The notes below the pieces were generated by a model. The model did no database searches. It was given only the letters and a program-made list of their open reading frames with translations, and was not told the origin of the DNA. A program made the translations under genes and the position numbers. Below, one piece after another: positions 1 through 12,933 of a DNA stretch of 64,000 nt. Source of the DNA: Eledone cirrhosa (taxonomy: Eukaryota). The stretch lies in the NCBI GenBank assembly GCA_964016885.1, contig CAXHJY010001225.1:1-64000 (forward strand). The letters are read 5' to 3'. Every line of letters starts with the position of its first letter. Within the stretch, counting starts at the first letter, position 1.

Positions 1-1580
1 AACTTGCTTCTCCTCTTGCCAATCTGTGGCGGAACTCACTGGATGCTGGATATGTGCCAGAAAACCTTCTATCCCAGTCTGTTGTCCCAGTTTTCAAAAA
101 GGGAAACAAATCCCTTGCCGTGAATTACCGTCCAATCTCACTCACCTCTCATCTCATTAAGGTATTTGAGCGAGTGGTGAGATCGCGAATGACCCACTTC
201 CTTGAGAGTAACAATATGCTGAACTCCAACCAGCATGGATTCCGTAATGGAAGGGATTGCCTGACGCAACTACTGCATCACTTTGATGACATTTTGAGAG
301 CCTTGGGAGAGGGTTCCAACACTGATGTTATCTACCTTGATTTCAGCAAGGCCTTTGACAGGGTTGATCATAACATTCTACTGAGAAAGCTGTCCAATAT
401 TGGTGTCACTGGAAAGCTGCTGCAGTGGATCAAGAGCTTCCTGTCAAACAGAACCCAACATGTTGTAGTTGAGGGAGTCAAATCAAGCCCAGCCAAAGTC
501 AGTAGTGGAGTCCCACAAGGCACTGTGTTGGGCCCACTTCTCTTCATCATCTATATTAATGACATCACTGACATCATCAAACACAGCAACATTAAAATTT
601 TCGCTGATGATTCCAAGCTCCAAAAGGTCATCAATGGCGTGGATGACCGGATAAGCCTTCAGTCAGACCTACTGGCTGTTACCCAATGGGCAGAAAAGAA
701 CAACATGCTACTGAACGAAGACAAATTCGAACTGATCCACTTTGGAAAAGAGGATGCTCTGAAACTCCCGTACTCCCTTCCCTCCGGGGAAACTCTCGTG
801 GCATCTAACAACATCAGAGACTTGGGAGTAACCGTGGACAGCAACATAAGCTGGACCACGCATATAAGCAGCAAAGTTGACATGGCCCGCAGAATGTGTT
901 CCTGGATCCTCAGAACCTTCCAGTCGAGAGATTCCCGCACCATTATCCTTCTCTTCTCTACTTTCGCCCGACCACACCTTGAATACTGTTGTCCACTGTG
1001 GTCTCCCCACACGAAACAAAGTATCATGAAACTTGAAGCTCCTCAAAGGGCAATCACGAAAAAGATAGATGGCATGTCAGACCTTGACTACTGGGGTCGA
1101 TTGGAAAACCTGAAACTTTACTCACTCCAACGTCGCCGTGAGCGTTATATTATCTGCATGATGTGGAAAATGTTCCATCATCACTGCCCAAATGATGTTG
1201 GCATCGCCTTCAAGATACACCCAAGGCTTGGGCCCCGTGCTATCCGTCCCATTCAAAAATCTAAATCGCAACTCATAACAACAATACGGCACAATTATTT
1301 CACCTCAATCGGCCCTGCTCTCTTCAACATCACACCAGGACACGTCAAAACAGAAACTGACCACACAAAATTCAAGAAGTCTTTGGACAAATTCCTCCAA
1401 GTAATCCCGGACAAACCACCCACACCCGGATATGTCTCCGCAAACAGTAATTCTCTTCTCGAATGGGCCATGGTGCCCAAATCCTGAATTGAAAGACTTC
1501 GCCAGGTGGTGCTATTAAGTTAGACATGGCCTGGGCCAATACTGGCCAAAACATTTCAAAGTTATTCAAAGTTCAAAGTT
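1..1580 (+). mobile_element. CR1-group LINE, 3' portion (RT domain, 3' UTR, short tandem tail)
   Basis: ORF 54-1487 has NYRPISLTS, QHGFR, DFSKAFDRVDH, GVPQGTVLGP, FADD and LEYCCPLWSP motifs. It ends in a TTCAAAG-type repeated tail (1555-1580) that runs into (TA)n. Confidence 0.9.
54..1487 (+). CDS. LINE reverse transcriptase (ORF2 C-terminal part; 5' part runs off the window)
   Basis: Non-LTR RT motifs listed above, with no stops over 477 aa. Confidence 0.88.
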   Translation: MPENLLSQSVVPVFKKGNKSLAVNYRPISLTSHLIKVFERVVRSRMTHFLESNNMLNSNQHGFRNGRDCLTQLLHHFDDILRALGEGSNTDVIYLDFSKAFDRVDHNILLRKLSNIGVTGKLLQWIKSFLSNRTQHVVVEGVKSSPAKVSSGVPQGTVLGPLLFIIYINDITDIIKHSNIKIFADDSKLQKVINGVDDRISLQSDLLAVTQWAEKNNMLLNEDKFELIHFGKEDALKLPYSLPSGETLVASNNIRDLGVTVDSNISWTTHISSKVDMARRMCSWILRTFQSRDSRTIILLFSTFARPHLEYCCPLWSPHTKQSIMKLEAPQRAITKKIDGMSDLDYWGRLENLKLYSLQRRRERYIICMMWKMFHHHCPNDVGIAFKIHPRLGPRAIRPIQKSKSQLITTIRHNYFTSIGPALFNITPGHVKTETDHTKFKKSLDKFLQVIPDKPPTPGYVSANSNSLLEWAMVPKS

Positions 1581-1611
1581 ATATATATATACATATATAT
1601 ACATATATATA

Positions 1612-1669
<58 letters not shown>

Positions 1670-1676
1670 TATATAC

Positions 1677-1707
<31 letters not shown>

Positions 1708-1720
1708 CATATATATATAC

Positions 1721-1751
<31 letters not shown>

Positions 1752-1790
1752 CATATATATATATGCATATATATATATATATACATATAT
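1581..1790. repeat. (TA)n microsatellite with TACA variants
   Basis: Seen directly. Confidence 0.97.
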
Positions 1791-1914
1791 GTAGGAGGTG
1801 AGTTTTATTGTAGTACAATAAAGCAATGCAGATATCGGATAAGAAGCACTCTACAGTTTGTGGGACTGGAGTATGCATAATATAAGATCAAAAGATGGTT
1901 AAAGGAGTTCCATA

Positions 1915-1985
1915 TATTTTATTATTCGCATTTCAAAAACAAACATCATCATGCAATAATATTTGTGTTTTCATCAGATAAAATA
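1915..1985 (-). ncRNA. Type I hammerhead ribozyme, family A (loop III GCGA variant)
   Basis: Minus strand reads tattttat-CTGATGA-stem II-GAAA-tgcgaa-TA-ataaaata. Confidence 0.75.
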
Positions 1986-2126
1986 GGAGAACATGATATG
2001 AAGGCTAAAAAACACTTGTGGATAGTGCAGTTTTAAATCAACATATGAATCTAAAACCACTTTTCATATGTTGATTTAAAACTGCACTATCCACAAGTGT
2101 TTTTTAGCCTTCATATCATGTTCTCC

Positions 2127-2197
2127 TATTTTATCTGATGAAAACACAAATATTATTGCATGATAATGTTTGTTTTTGAAATGCGCATAATAAAATA
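2127..2197 (+). ncRNA. Type I hammerhead ribozyme, family A
   Basis: tattttat CTGATGA [~15-bp stem II] GAAA t-gcgc-a TA ataaaata. Perfect 8-bp stem I and palindromic stem III. Predicted cleavage after 2189. Confidence 0.85.
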
Positions 2198-2235
2198 TAT
2201 GGAACTCCTTTAACCATCTTTTGATCTAATATTAT

Positions 2236-3932
<1,697 letters not shown>

Positions 3933-4024
3933 ACGAAGGAAATGTGGTAAGGAACCAGGTGGACCATAACGCACCAAAGTACTCAATACTTGAGGTAGTA
4001 GAGTGGGTAATAGGAACCAGTAAG

Positions 4025-4118
4025 ACCCCGACAGCTGAGCTCAAGCCGTTTCGACGGCTAATTCTGGACTAAATGAACATTTATCCTGGTATTTAAATAG
4101 CCGATCTTCTCAAGGGGT
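4025..4118 (-). ncRNA. Hammerhead ribozyme, U3-A8 variant (mirror copy)
   Basis: Reverse complement of 4294-4387 in the left arm. Confidence 0.7.
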
Positions 4119-4293
4119 AATTCCATATATGGTCAAAGTGATTGTCAAAAATCAGTAGTAATTCTGTGGTTGCAAATTAGTAGGGGAGATGGTGGCTAAA
4201 CCTGCCGCAGGTTTAGCCACCATCTCCCCTACTAATTTGCAACCACAGAATTACTACTGATTTTTGACAATCACTTTGACCATATATGGAATT

Positions 4294-4387
4294 ACCCCTT
4301 GAGAAGATCGGCTATTTAAATACCAGGATAAATGTTCATTTAGTCCAGAATTAGCCGTCGAAACGGCTTGAGCTCAGCTGTCGGGGT
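4294..4387 (+). ncRNA. Type I hammerhead ribozyme with U3-A8 core variant, family B
   Basis: acccc TTGAGAA gatcggcta...tagccgtc GAAA cggct-tgagctc-agctg TC ggggt. Stems I, II and III all close. GUC cleavage triplet at 4380-4382. Confidence 0.72.
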
Positions 4388-4398
4388 CTTACTGGTTC

Positions 4399-4457
<59 letters not shown>

Positions 4458-4656
4458 TATAAGAGGGTGTTAAAGTTTGCTTGAAGCATTGTGAAATGTG
4501 TAAAAATACGTATTTAAGAAAGCCACAACAATGCAAAGGGAAATCTCGAGGTAGGAAGTGAAATATAGATAGGAAAAACAGGTGAAAGTGAAAGTTGAGA
4601 GAGACAAAGATGAAAACAAAACAAAGGTAGAAGGGTTACCGTAGTAGAGATTTTAA

Positions 4657-4692
4657 TCCCAATATTTCGGGCTCACGCCCATCAACGGGGGA
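4657..4692 (-). ncRNA. Degenerate minimal hammerhead-like motif in the PLE1 3' region
   Basis: tccc CCGTTGA t-gggc-gtga-gccc GAAA TA TT ggga. Topology and strand fit a PLE HHR, but the core differs at positions 4 and 6. Confidence 0.45.
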
Positions 4693-4949
4693 AAAGTTCC
4701 AAAAGGGGGGAAAACAGGCCAAGCGGAGAAAGTGTTGATGTCGTTAAGACAGGAATGCCGTTATGGGGAGAAAAATATTTAAAATTTAAACGAGGGAGAG
4801 AATGCGCGTGCGCGTGATAAGCTGTGGCAAAAGCTACTGACCAAATGGGTTAAATCAAGAGGGTGCGTTAGCGTGTGAAAGCCTTAAGATATGTGTATGT
4901 GAATATATATGTGTGTGTGACTGTGTGTGTATAGGTGTAAGTGTGTATA

Positions 4950-5240
4950 TGTGTGAGTGTGTGTGTGTGTGAAAGGTAGTGGGCTGTAGAAGTTGGAAAT
5001 CAAAGGGTGTGAAAGGTGGTAGGTTGTAAAATATGTGTGCGTGTATAAATATAGAAGTGTGTGTGTGTAGGCGTATGGGTATACATGTGTGTGTGTAACT
5101 GTGTATGTATATGTGTGAGTGCGTTTGTGTGTGAAAGATAGTGGGCTGTAGAAGCTGGAAATCAAAGGGTGTGAAAGGTGGTAGGTTGTAAAAACATGTG
5201 TGCGTGTAAAATATAGAAGTGTGTGTGCATGCGTATGGGT
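4950..5240. repeat. Tandem duplication (~165-bp period) in the PLE1 3' region
   Basis: tagtgggctgtagaag(t/c)tggaaatcaaagggtgtgaaaggtggtaggttgtaaaa occurs at ~4977 and ~5139. Confidence 0.85.
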
Positions 5241-5300
5241 ATGCATATACGTGCGTGTGTGTGAATATAACAGGCCGTAGGCTGTGAATGGTCATTATGG

Positions 5301-7050
5301 TTAAATTAGCCATGTCAGCTCATTTCTCTCGGCCCGGTTGTTAAGTGGGGGTCTGAGGTTCTTAATAACAAGTGCTTCCTTTATCCTTAAGGATCCGATG
5401 CTGCGTTCAGTCGCTAGGACTGTGGCCAAGGGTCTACCCTGTGGGTTTCCGCATTTGAGGATATGTTTACGGAAGGAAGATGCGTTGGTGTTGATATGTT
5501 CCTTGATACGAACATGTAGGGGTCGGATGGTGCTACCTATGTAAAACTTGTTACATTTATCGCATTGAATCTTATATACGACATAGGTGCGTAGGCAATC
5601 TGCCCCCCGTATCGGGCAGTTGCTGAGGGAACAAGTCCTATCTGCCTCGTAGGGTTTGTTGGAGAGGCATCTTCGCAGCGAAGGTCCTGTGTGGGCCAAA
5701 TGTATGTCAAGTCCCTCCGTACGTATGGCCCTGCGGATGGCGTTCGTGGTACATTCACTCAGGTGGGGGATTTTAAAGAAGCACCTGCTAATATTAAGTT
5801 TTCTAGTGGGTGTCGGTCTACTGGGTCTGGGGTCTCTAATTCCGTTAATCAGTCGCTTGGGATAACCATTAGATCTGAGTAGATTACGGAATTGCGTGGT
5901 ATGGGTGAGACCACCCATCGGGTCGCTGCATCTGTTAGTGATCCGTGTCAGTTCATTTAGGACATAGCCTCTCTTAGCGTTGTTGGGGAGGGCTGAGTTA
6001 TAATGCACAAATAGGTCCTTGCACGCTGCTTTGCGGTAGAAAGTGGTGTTTATGTCTCCATGTTCCGAGATGTTGATACGGAAGTCGAGGAGGGCGAGTG
6101 ACCCGTCTTCCTCCGGGTGTTCGATGGTGAAATCGATGTGTTGGTCAGTATCGTTGAAGATTTGGTGAATTTCATTCGCCATCTCCCGGGAAGAAGTCAG
6201 TATCAGGATATCATCAACGTATCTGGAGTAGAAGGCGACGGCGTTGGGTTGGCAGGTATTGAGTGCCTTGCGCTCCAGGTGGTCCATGTACGAGATCGCA
6301 AGTATGCCGGACAGACTAGAGCCCATAGGTAGCCCAGAGATTTGTTTGTACGTGTGGCCAAGGAAATTGAAGAGTGCATTATCCACAACGAAGGAGAGGA
6401 GTTGGTGGATGTCCGTGTGTGTGAGTCCGAAGCAGTGTAGGTTAGATGCTCGGACTCGTTCGGTCAACAGGTCGACAGCTGGGGATGCTGGTACGGAGGT
6501 ATAAAGGGAGACCACATCAAGACTGAAGGCATAACCGTTGTCCTTTCTGGTGTTGGGCGCCAGATGGTGTAGTCGCTCCAAGACTTCCATTGAGCTGCAG
6601 ACGTGGGCTGGTAGTGTGTGTAGAATAGGTTTCAGTAGTGTGGAGAGCAGCCACGATATTTTATAGAGTGGGCCCTCCACGCTAGAGACAATGGGCCTGA
6701 TTTTCAAATCGGGTCCTTGTTTATGTGTTTTGACCAAGTGGTAGAAGGTGGGTAATTTGCTGTTTCGAGTCATTATGTTGTTTTTTACCTTCTTTGGCAG
6801 TTTTCGTTGGACACAGATGTTAGTCCATATGGTGTTAATGCCTTCCTCGATTAGAGTCGAGGAGGTCCCTGTGACTTTGGAGTAGAGGCTGTGGTCATTA
6901 AGATGTTGGAGAGCTAAGTTGTTGTAGGTCTCTCTCGAGATGACACAGAATTCTTTCCCCTTGTCAGAGGGAAGGTACACAAGGTTCCTGGATCTTAGGT
7001 TGGTGAGAGTATTAAATTGTGCATTGGTGAGGTTGCGTTTGTTGTGTGTG
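5301..7050 (-). CDS. Penelope RT + GIY-YIG endonuclease (start uncertain; N-terminus of the 866-aa ORF call is microsatellite)
   Basis: Uninterrupted RT and GIY-YIG motifs. Confidence 0.88.
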
Positions 7051-7080
7051 TGTGTGTGTTGGGAAAGGATGTTAGATATA

Positions 7081-7905
<825 letters not shown>

Positions 7906-8350
7906 GTAGGAGGTGAGTTTTATTGTAGTACAATAAAGCAATGCAGATATCGGATAAGAAGCACTCTACAGTTTGTGGGACTGGAGTATGCATAATATAA
8001 GATCAAAAGATGGTTAAAGGAGTTCCATATATTTTATTATTCGCATTTCAAAAACAAACATCATCATGCAATAATATTTGTGTTTTCATCAGATAAAATA
8101 GGAGAACATGATATGAAGGCTAAAAAACACTTGTGGATAGTGCAGTTTTAAATCAACATATGAATCTAAAACCACTTTTCATATGTTGATTTAAAACTGC
8201 ACTATCCACAAGTGTTTTTTAGCCTTCATATCATGTTCTCCTATTTTATCTGATGAAAACACAAATATTATTGCATGATAATGTTTGTTTTTGAAATGCG
8301 CATAATAAAATATATGGAACTCCTTTAACCATCTTTTGATCTAATATTAT
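7906..8350. mobile_element. Fold-back cassette family A copy 2 (HHRs at 8030-8100 minus and 8242-8312 plus)
   Basis: Appears identical by eye to 1791-2235 at an offset of 6115. Confidence 0.82.
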
Positions 8351-8418
8351 ATATACATATATATATATACATATATATATACATATATATATATATACAT
8401 ATATATATACATATATAT

Positions 8419-8461
<43 letters not shown>

Positions 8462-8530
8462 TATACATATATATATACATATATATACATATATATATAT
8501 ACATATATATATATATACATATATATATAC

Positions 8531-8593
<63 letters not shown>

Positions 8594-8654
8594 CATATAT
8601 ATATATACATATATATATATACATATATATATACATATATATATACATATATAT

Positions 8655-8685
<31 letters not shown>

Positions 8686-8814
8686 TACATATATATACAT
8701 ATATATACATATATATATATACATATATATATATACATATATATATATACATATATATACATATATATATATACATATATATATATACATATATATATAT
8801 ACATATATATATAC

Positions 8815-8909
<95 letters not shown>

Positions 8910-8918
8910 TATATAATT

Positions 8919-8987
<69 letters not shown>
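8351..8987. repeat. (TA)n compound microsatellite
   Basis: Seen directly. Confidence 0.97.
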
Positions 8988-10363
8988 AACGCAACATGGC
9001 TTCCGCCCAGGAAGATGCTGCCTTACACAGCTGCTACATCACTACTACTGGGTGCTGAGACAACTACTAGACAGCTCACATGTAGACGTGATATATCCTG
9101 ACTTTGCGAAGGCCTTTGACAAGGTCGACCACGGAATGATATGTCACAAACTACACGGACTCGGCATAACTGGAAAAGTAGGTGAGTGGCTGCATGGCTT
9201 CCTAAGGGACAGAAGCCAGGCAGTCGCAGCAAATGGGGCCCTCTCGAGGGAAACACCGATAACAAATGGGGTGCCTCAGGGGACAGTCCTGGGACCACTA
9301 CTGTTTTTGGTGGCTCTCTCGGACATGCCCTCTGTGGTGCATGCAACAACATCCCTCACTAGCTATGCTGATGACACTAAGGTAGCACAGGCAATCAAAA
9401 ACCCGGCTGACGCTGCCCTCTAACAGCAGGATCTGGATGCCATGTACAGATGGGCGGAAGAAAACAACATGCAGTTTAATGCTGGCAAATTCCAAGCCCT
9501 ACAATACAAACCTGCAAACACAAACACAAATATAGCGGAACACAGCTACACAGGACCAGGAGGGACCGATATCCCCGTGTCAAAATCGATACGAGACCTG
9601 GGCATAGACATGAGCGATGATGCATCTTTTTCTTCACACATCATGAAGGTGGCGACAGCATGTAGACGATTCGCTGGCTGGATCTTGAGGACTTTCCTTA
9701 CAAGAGATCGAGACACCATGTTGACACTGTGGAGGACTTTTGTCCTGAGCCGCCTGGACTACTGCTCCCAGCTGTGGTCACCCCATAGTGTCAAACTAAC
9801 CACGGAGCTTGAGGCAATCCAGCAAAGCTACACCAAGAGGATTGCCAAGATGAGGGAGATAAGCTACTGGGAGAGGCTGAAGGAACTGAAACTCTACTCC
9901 TTGGAGCGAAGACGGGAGAGATACGCAGTGATCTACATGTGGAAAATCCTGGAGGGACTAGCACCAAACTTTGGCATTGGGAGCTGGACCAACCGTCGAA
10001 CAGGACGTCACTGTGTGGTGCCAAAGGTCCCGTCTTCCACATCTAGAATAAGGAGCAGGTATTGCAATAGCCTGGGATTCAAGGGCCCTCAACTCTTCAA
10101 CAGGCTGCCGAGGCATCTGCGAGACTTGCATGACGTGGAGGTGGATGTCTTTAAGAAACATCTCGACACCTTATTATCCAGGATCCCGGATGAGCCCACA
10201 GCAAGACACGAGGGAAACCTAAGGGCAGCAGCAACAAACTCCCTCCTACACCAGTGGCCAACCTATACAGGCTGGAGATAAAATGTGTAGCAACAAGGGC
10301 GGTGCCCCAGCATGGCCTCAGCCGGATGGCTGAAACAGTTAAAAGAAAAAAAAAGTAAAAGAA
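8988..10363 (+). mobile_element. CR1-group LINE, 5'-truncated, RT with an in-frame stop
   Basis: [33 protein letters not shown] and LDYCSQLWSP motifs. TAA at 9421-9423 splits the ORF. A-rich tail, with (TA)n on both flanks. Confidence 0.9.
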
Positions 10364-10371
10364 ATATATAC

Positions 10372-10414
<43 letters not shown>

Positions 10415-10422
10415 TCTATATA

Positions 10423-10506
<84 letters not shown>

Positions 10507-10567
10507 CATATATACATATATATATATATATACATATATACATATATATATATATATACATATATAC

Positions 10568-10696
<129 letters not shown>

Positions 10697-11013
10697 CATA
10701 TATATATAAATTGAAACAAAATGAAAACGAAATTTCATTTCTCACTCTTAGTATGGCACTTACTTAAATGTAAGTATGCATGTATACGTACATACATATA
10801 TGTATACAGACGTACAGTAGCATGCACATATATATATATATATATACACATATACATACATATGCATACAGGTACACATACATATATGCACGTATCAGTT
10901 TAGCGGCGCTTATTATAACGTCGCTTTGTTCGTTTGTAAACAAACTGAACAGCCTGAATTTATGCCATACGGCATATATACTTTCGAACGTTCAACTATC
11001 TGGCAGATGGGTA

Positions 11014-11058
11014 AACGGTGCTGATGATAGCTAACAAGCTTGAAACTAGTACATCGTT
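11014..11058 (+). ncRNA. Minimal type I hammerhead ribozyme, family C copy 1
   Basis: aacggtg CTGATGA t-agct-aaca-agct-t GAAA ctag TA catcgtt. Palindromic ACTAGT stem III. Cleavage after 11051. Confidence 0.88.
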
Positions 11059-11487
11059 CCTGTGTCAGTGTTGAACAAAAAGGTGACGTGGTTGCCTTAA
11101 CACCGTATGGCATAAATTCAGGCTGTCCAGTTTGTTTACAAACGAACAAAGCGACGTTATAATAAGCGCCGCTAAACTGATACGTGCATATATGTATGTG
11201 TACCTGTATGCATATGTATGTATATGTGTATATATATATATATATATGTGCATGCTACTGTACGTCTGTATACATATATGTATGTACGTATACATGCATA
11301 CTTACATTTAAGTAAGTGCCATACTAAGAGTGAGAAATGAAATTTCGTTTTCATTTTGTTTCAATTTATCGTTTTCGGTATGCCTGACCGATTTAACTCA
11401 CTCAATATGCAAATTAGGCTGCTCAGCCGTTAATTTTCATAAGGAAAGTATATACTTTCGAACGTTCAACTATCTGGCAGATGGGTA

Positions 11488-11532
11488 AACGGTGCTGATG
11501 ATAGCTAACAAGCTTGAAACTAGTACATCGTT
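11488..11532 (+). ncRNA. Minimal type I hammerhead ribozyme, family C copy 2
   Basis: Identical to 11014-11058. Cleavage after 11525. Confidence 0.88.
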
Positions 11533-11657
11533 CCTGTGTCAGTGTTGAACAAAAAGGTGACGTGGTTGCCTTAACACCGTATGGCATAAATTCAGGCTGT
11601 TCAGTTTGTTTACAAACGAACAAAGCGACGTTATAATAAGCGCCGCTAAACTGATAC

Positions 11658-11748
<91 letters not shown>

Positions 11749-11773
11749 TATATACACACATATATATATATAC

Positions 11774-11848
<75 letters not shown>

Positions 11849-11883
11849 TATATACATATATATATATATATACATTTATACAC

Positions 11884-11948
<65 letters not shown>

Positions 11949-12089
11949 TATATACATATACATATATATATATATATATAGTAATAACAATAAAATTGAA
12001 GACTAAAATCCAAAGAGGGCTCGATAAGGAAAATATATATCAAATATATAAGAACCGAAGAGCAAAAATTTATTAAAATAACAGATTAA

Positions 12090-12140
12090 AGTTTAAGCAA
12101 AGAATCGCTGCTTTCACCCTTAACGGGATCTTCTGAAACT
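12090..12140 (-). ncRNA. Hammerhead ribozyme (U4A variant) in the PLE2 3' pLTR
   Basis: agttt CAGAAGA t-ccc-gttaa-ggg-t GAAA gca-gcgattctt-tgc TT aaact, on the element's sense strand. Confidence 0.68.
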
Positions 12141-12933
12141 AACAAAGTCAATCTGTAAACGCATATTTCAAAAAACGTTGCAACCGGAGGAAGACAGGAA
12201 GACGATACTTTGGTTCATGGTGACGTTCGCTGGCAAAGAACGGGAAAAAACGAATAATACGTCATTAATAGGAGCGGTGAAAAACAATTACGCGCAAAGA
12301 CAGAACCACGTTTATGGTATAAAAGAGGTCGTAGACTAATGTTCTCTAAGTGGTGCATAGAGACGTTCTCTGGCAATGAACGAAAAAACGAAGATAATAA
12401 GTCATATGTGGAGCGTTGAGAACGTTGAGAAACAAATAAATACATACACGCAAAGAGATACTTACATACACAAGCATACGCAAAACCTTACCATAGGTAT
12501 ACAAAACCACGCACATATAAATATGTGTATGTGTGTATGCTTGTGTACAAATAAATAAATAATTCTATAAACGTATATAAGTAAATAAATACGTATATAA
12601 CAAGCGCACACACATACCTACAAATAAATACACGAAGGTTCGGAGACGTAAGTCAACTAAAACAAGAAGTACACATATACACACACCCACCATACGTACG
12701 AAACTGCATACTAACGCAGACGCAAAACTCCCATATACACATAACCGAACCCTAAATACCAGAATATGTAAAAATGATACGCCATAACAGTCAAATATAC
12801 GTACGAGAAGGTATACATACCTTCACAAAACATACGGGTAATATATACTTACCTATGCAAATAAGTAAAGGAATAAACAAAACATATACTTAGCTCCCAC
12901 ATCAAGACGTAAAATATCCACGTATAGATCGTG

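Larger units (their letters stand above)
1791..2235. mobile_element. Non-coding fold-back cassette, family A copy 1 (Penelope pLTR-like)
   Basis: Inverted arms 1877-2049 / 2063-2235 (~173 bp) with an HHR in each arm. Flanked by (TA)n on both sides. Confidence 0.8.
3932..4398. mobile_element. Non-coding fold-back cassette, family B copy 1
   Basis: Palindrome with 192-bp arms 4014-4205 / 4207-4398 centred on 4206. An HHR variant in each arm. (TA)n on both sides. Confidence 0.82.
4461..7080 (-). mobile_element. Penelope-like element PLE1 (5'-truncated; RT + C-terminal GIY-YIG)
   Basis: Motifs [60 protein letters not shown] and EAL..PPLN. Bounded by (TA)n on both sides. Confidence 0.92.
10706..11662 (+). 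mobile_element. Non-coding cassette family C: inverted arm plus partial tandem repeat with two HHRs
   Basis: 10706-10972 is the reverse complement of 11103-11369. The segment starting at ~10975 repeats from ~11449 (period 474). (TA)n on both sides. Confidence 0.82.
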
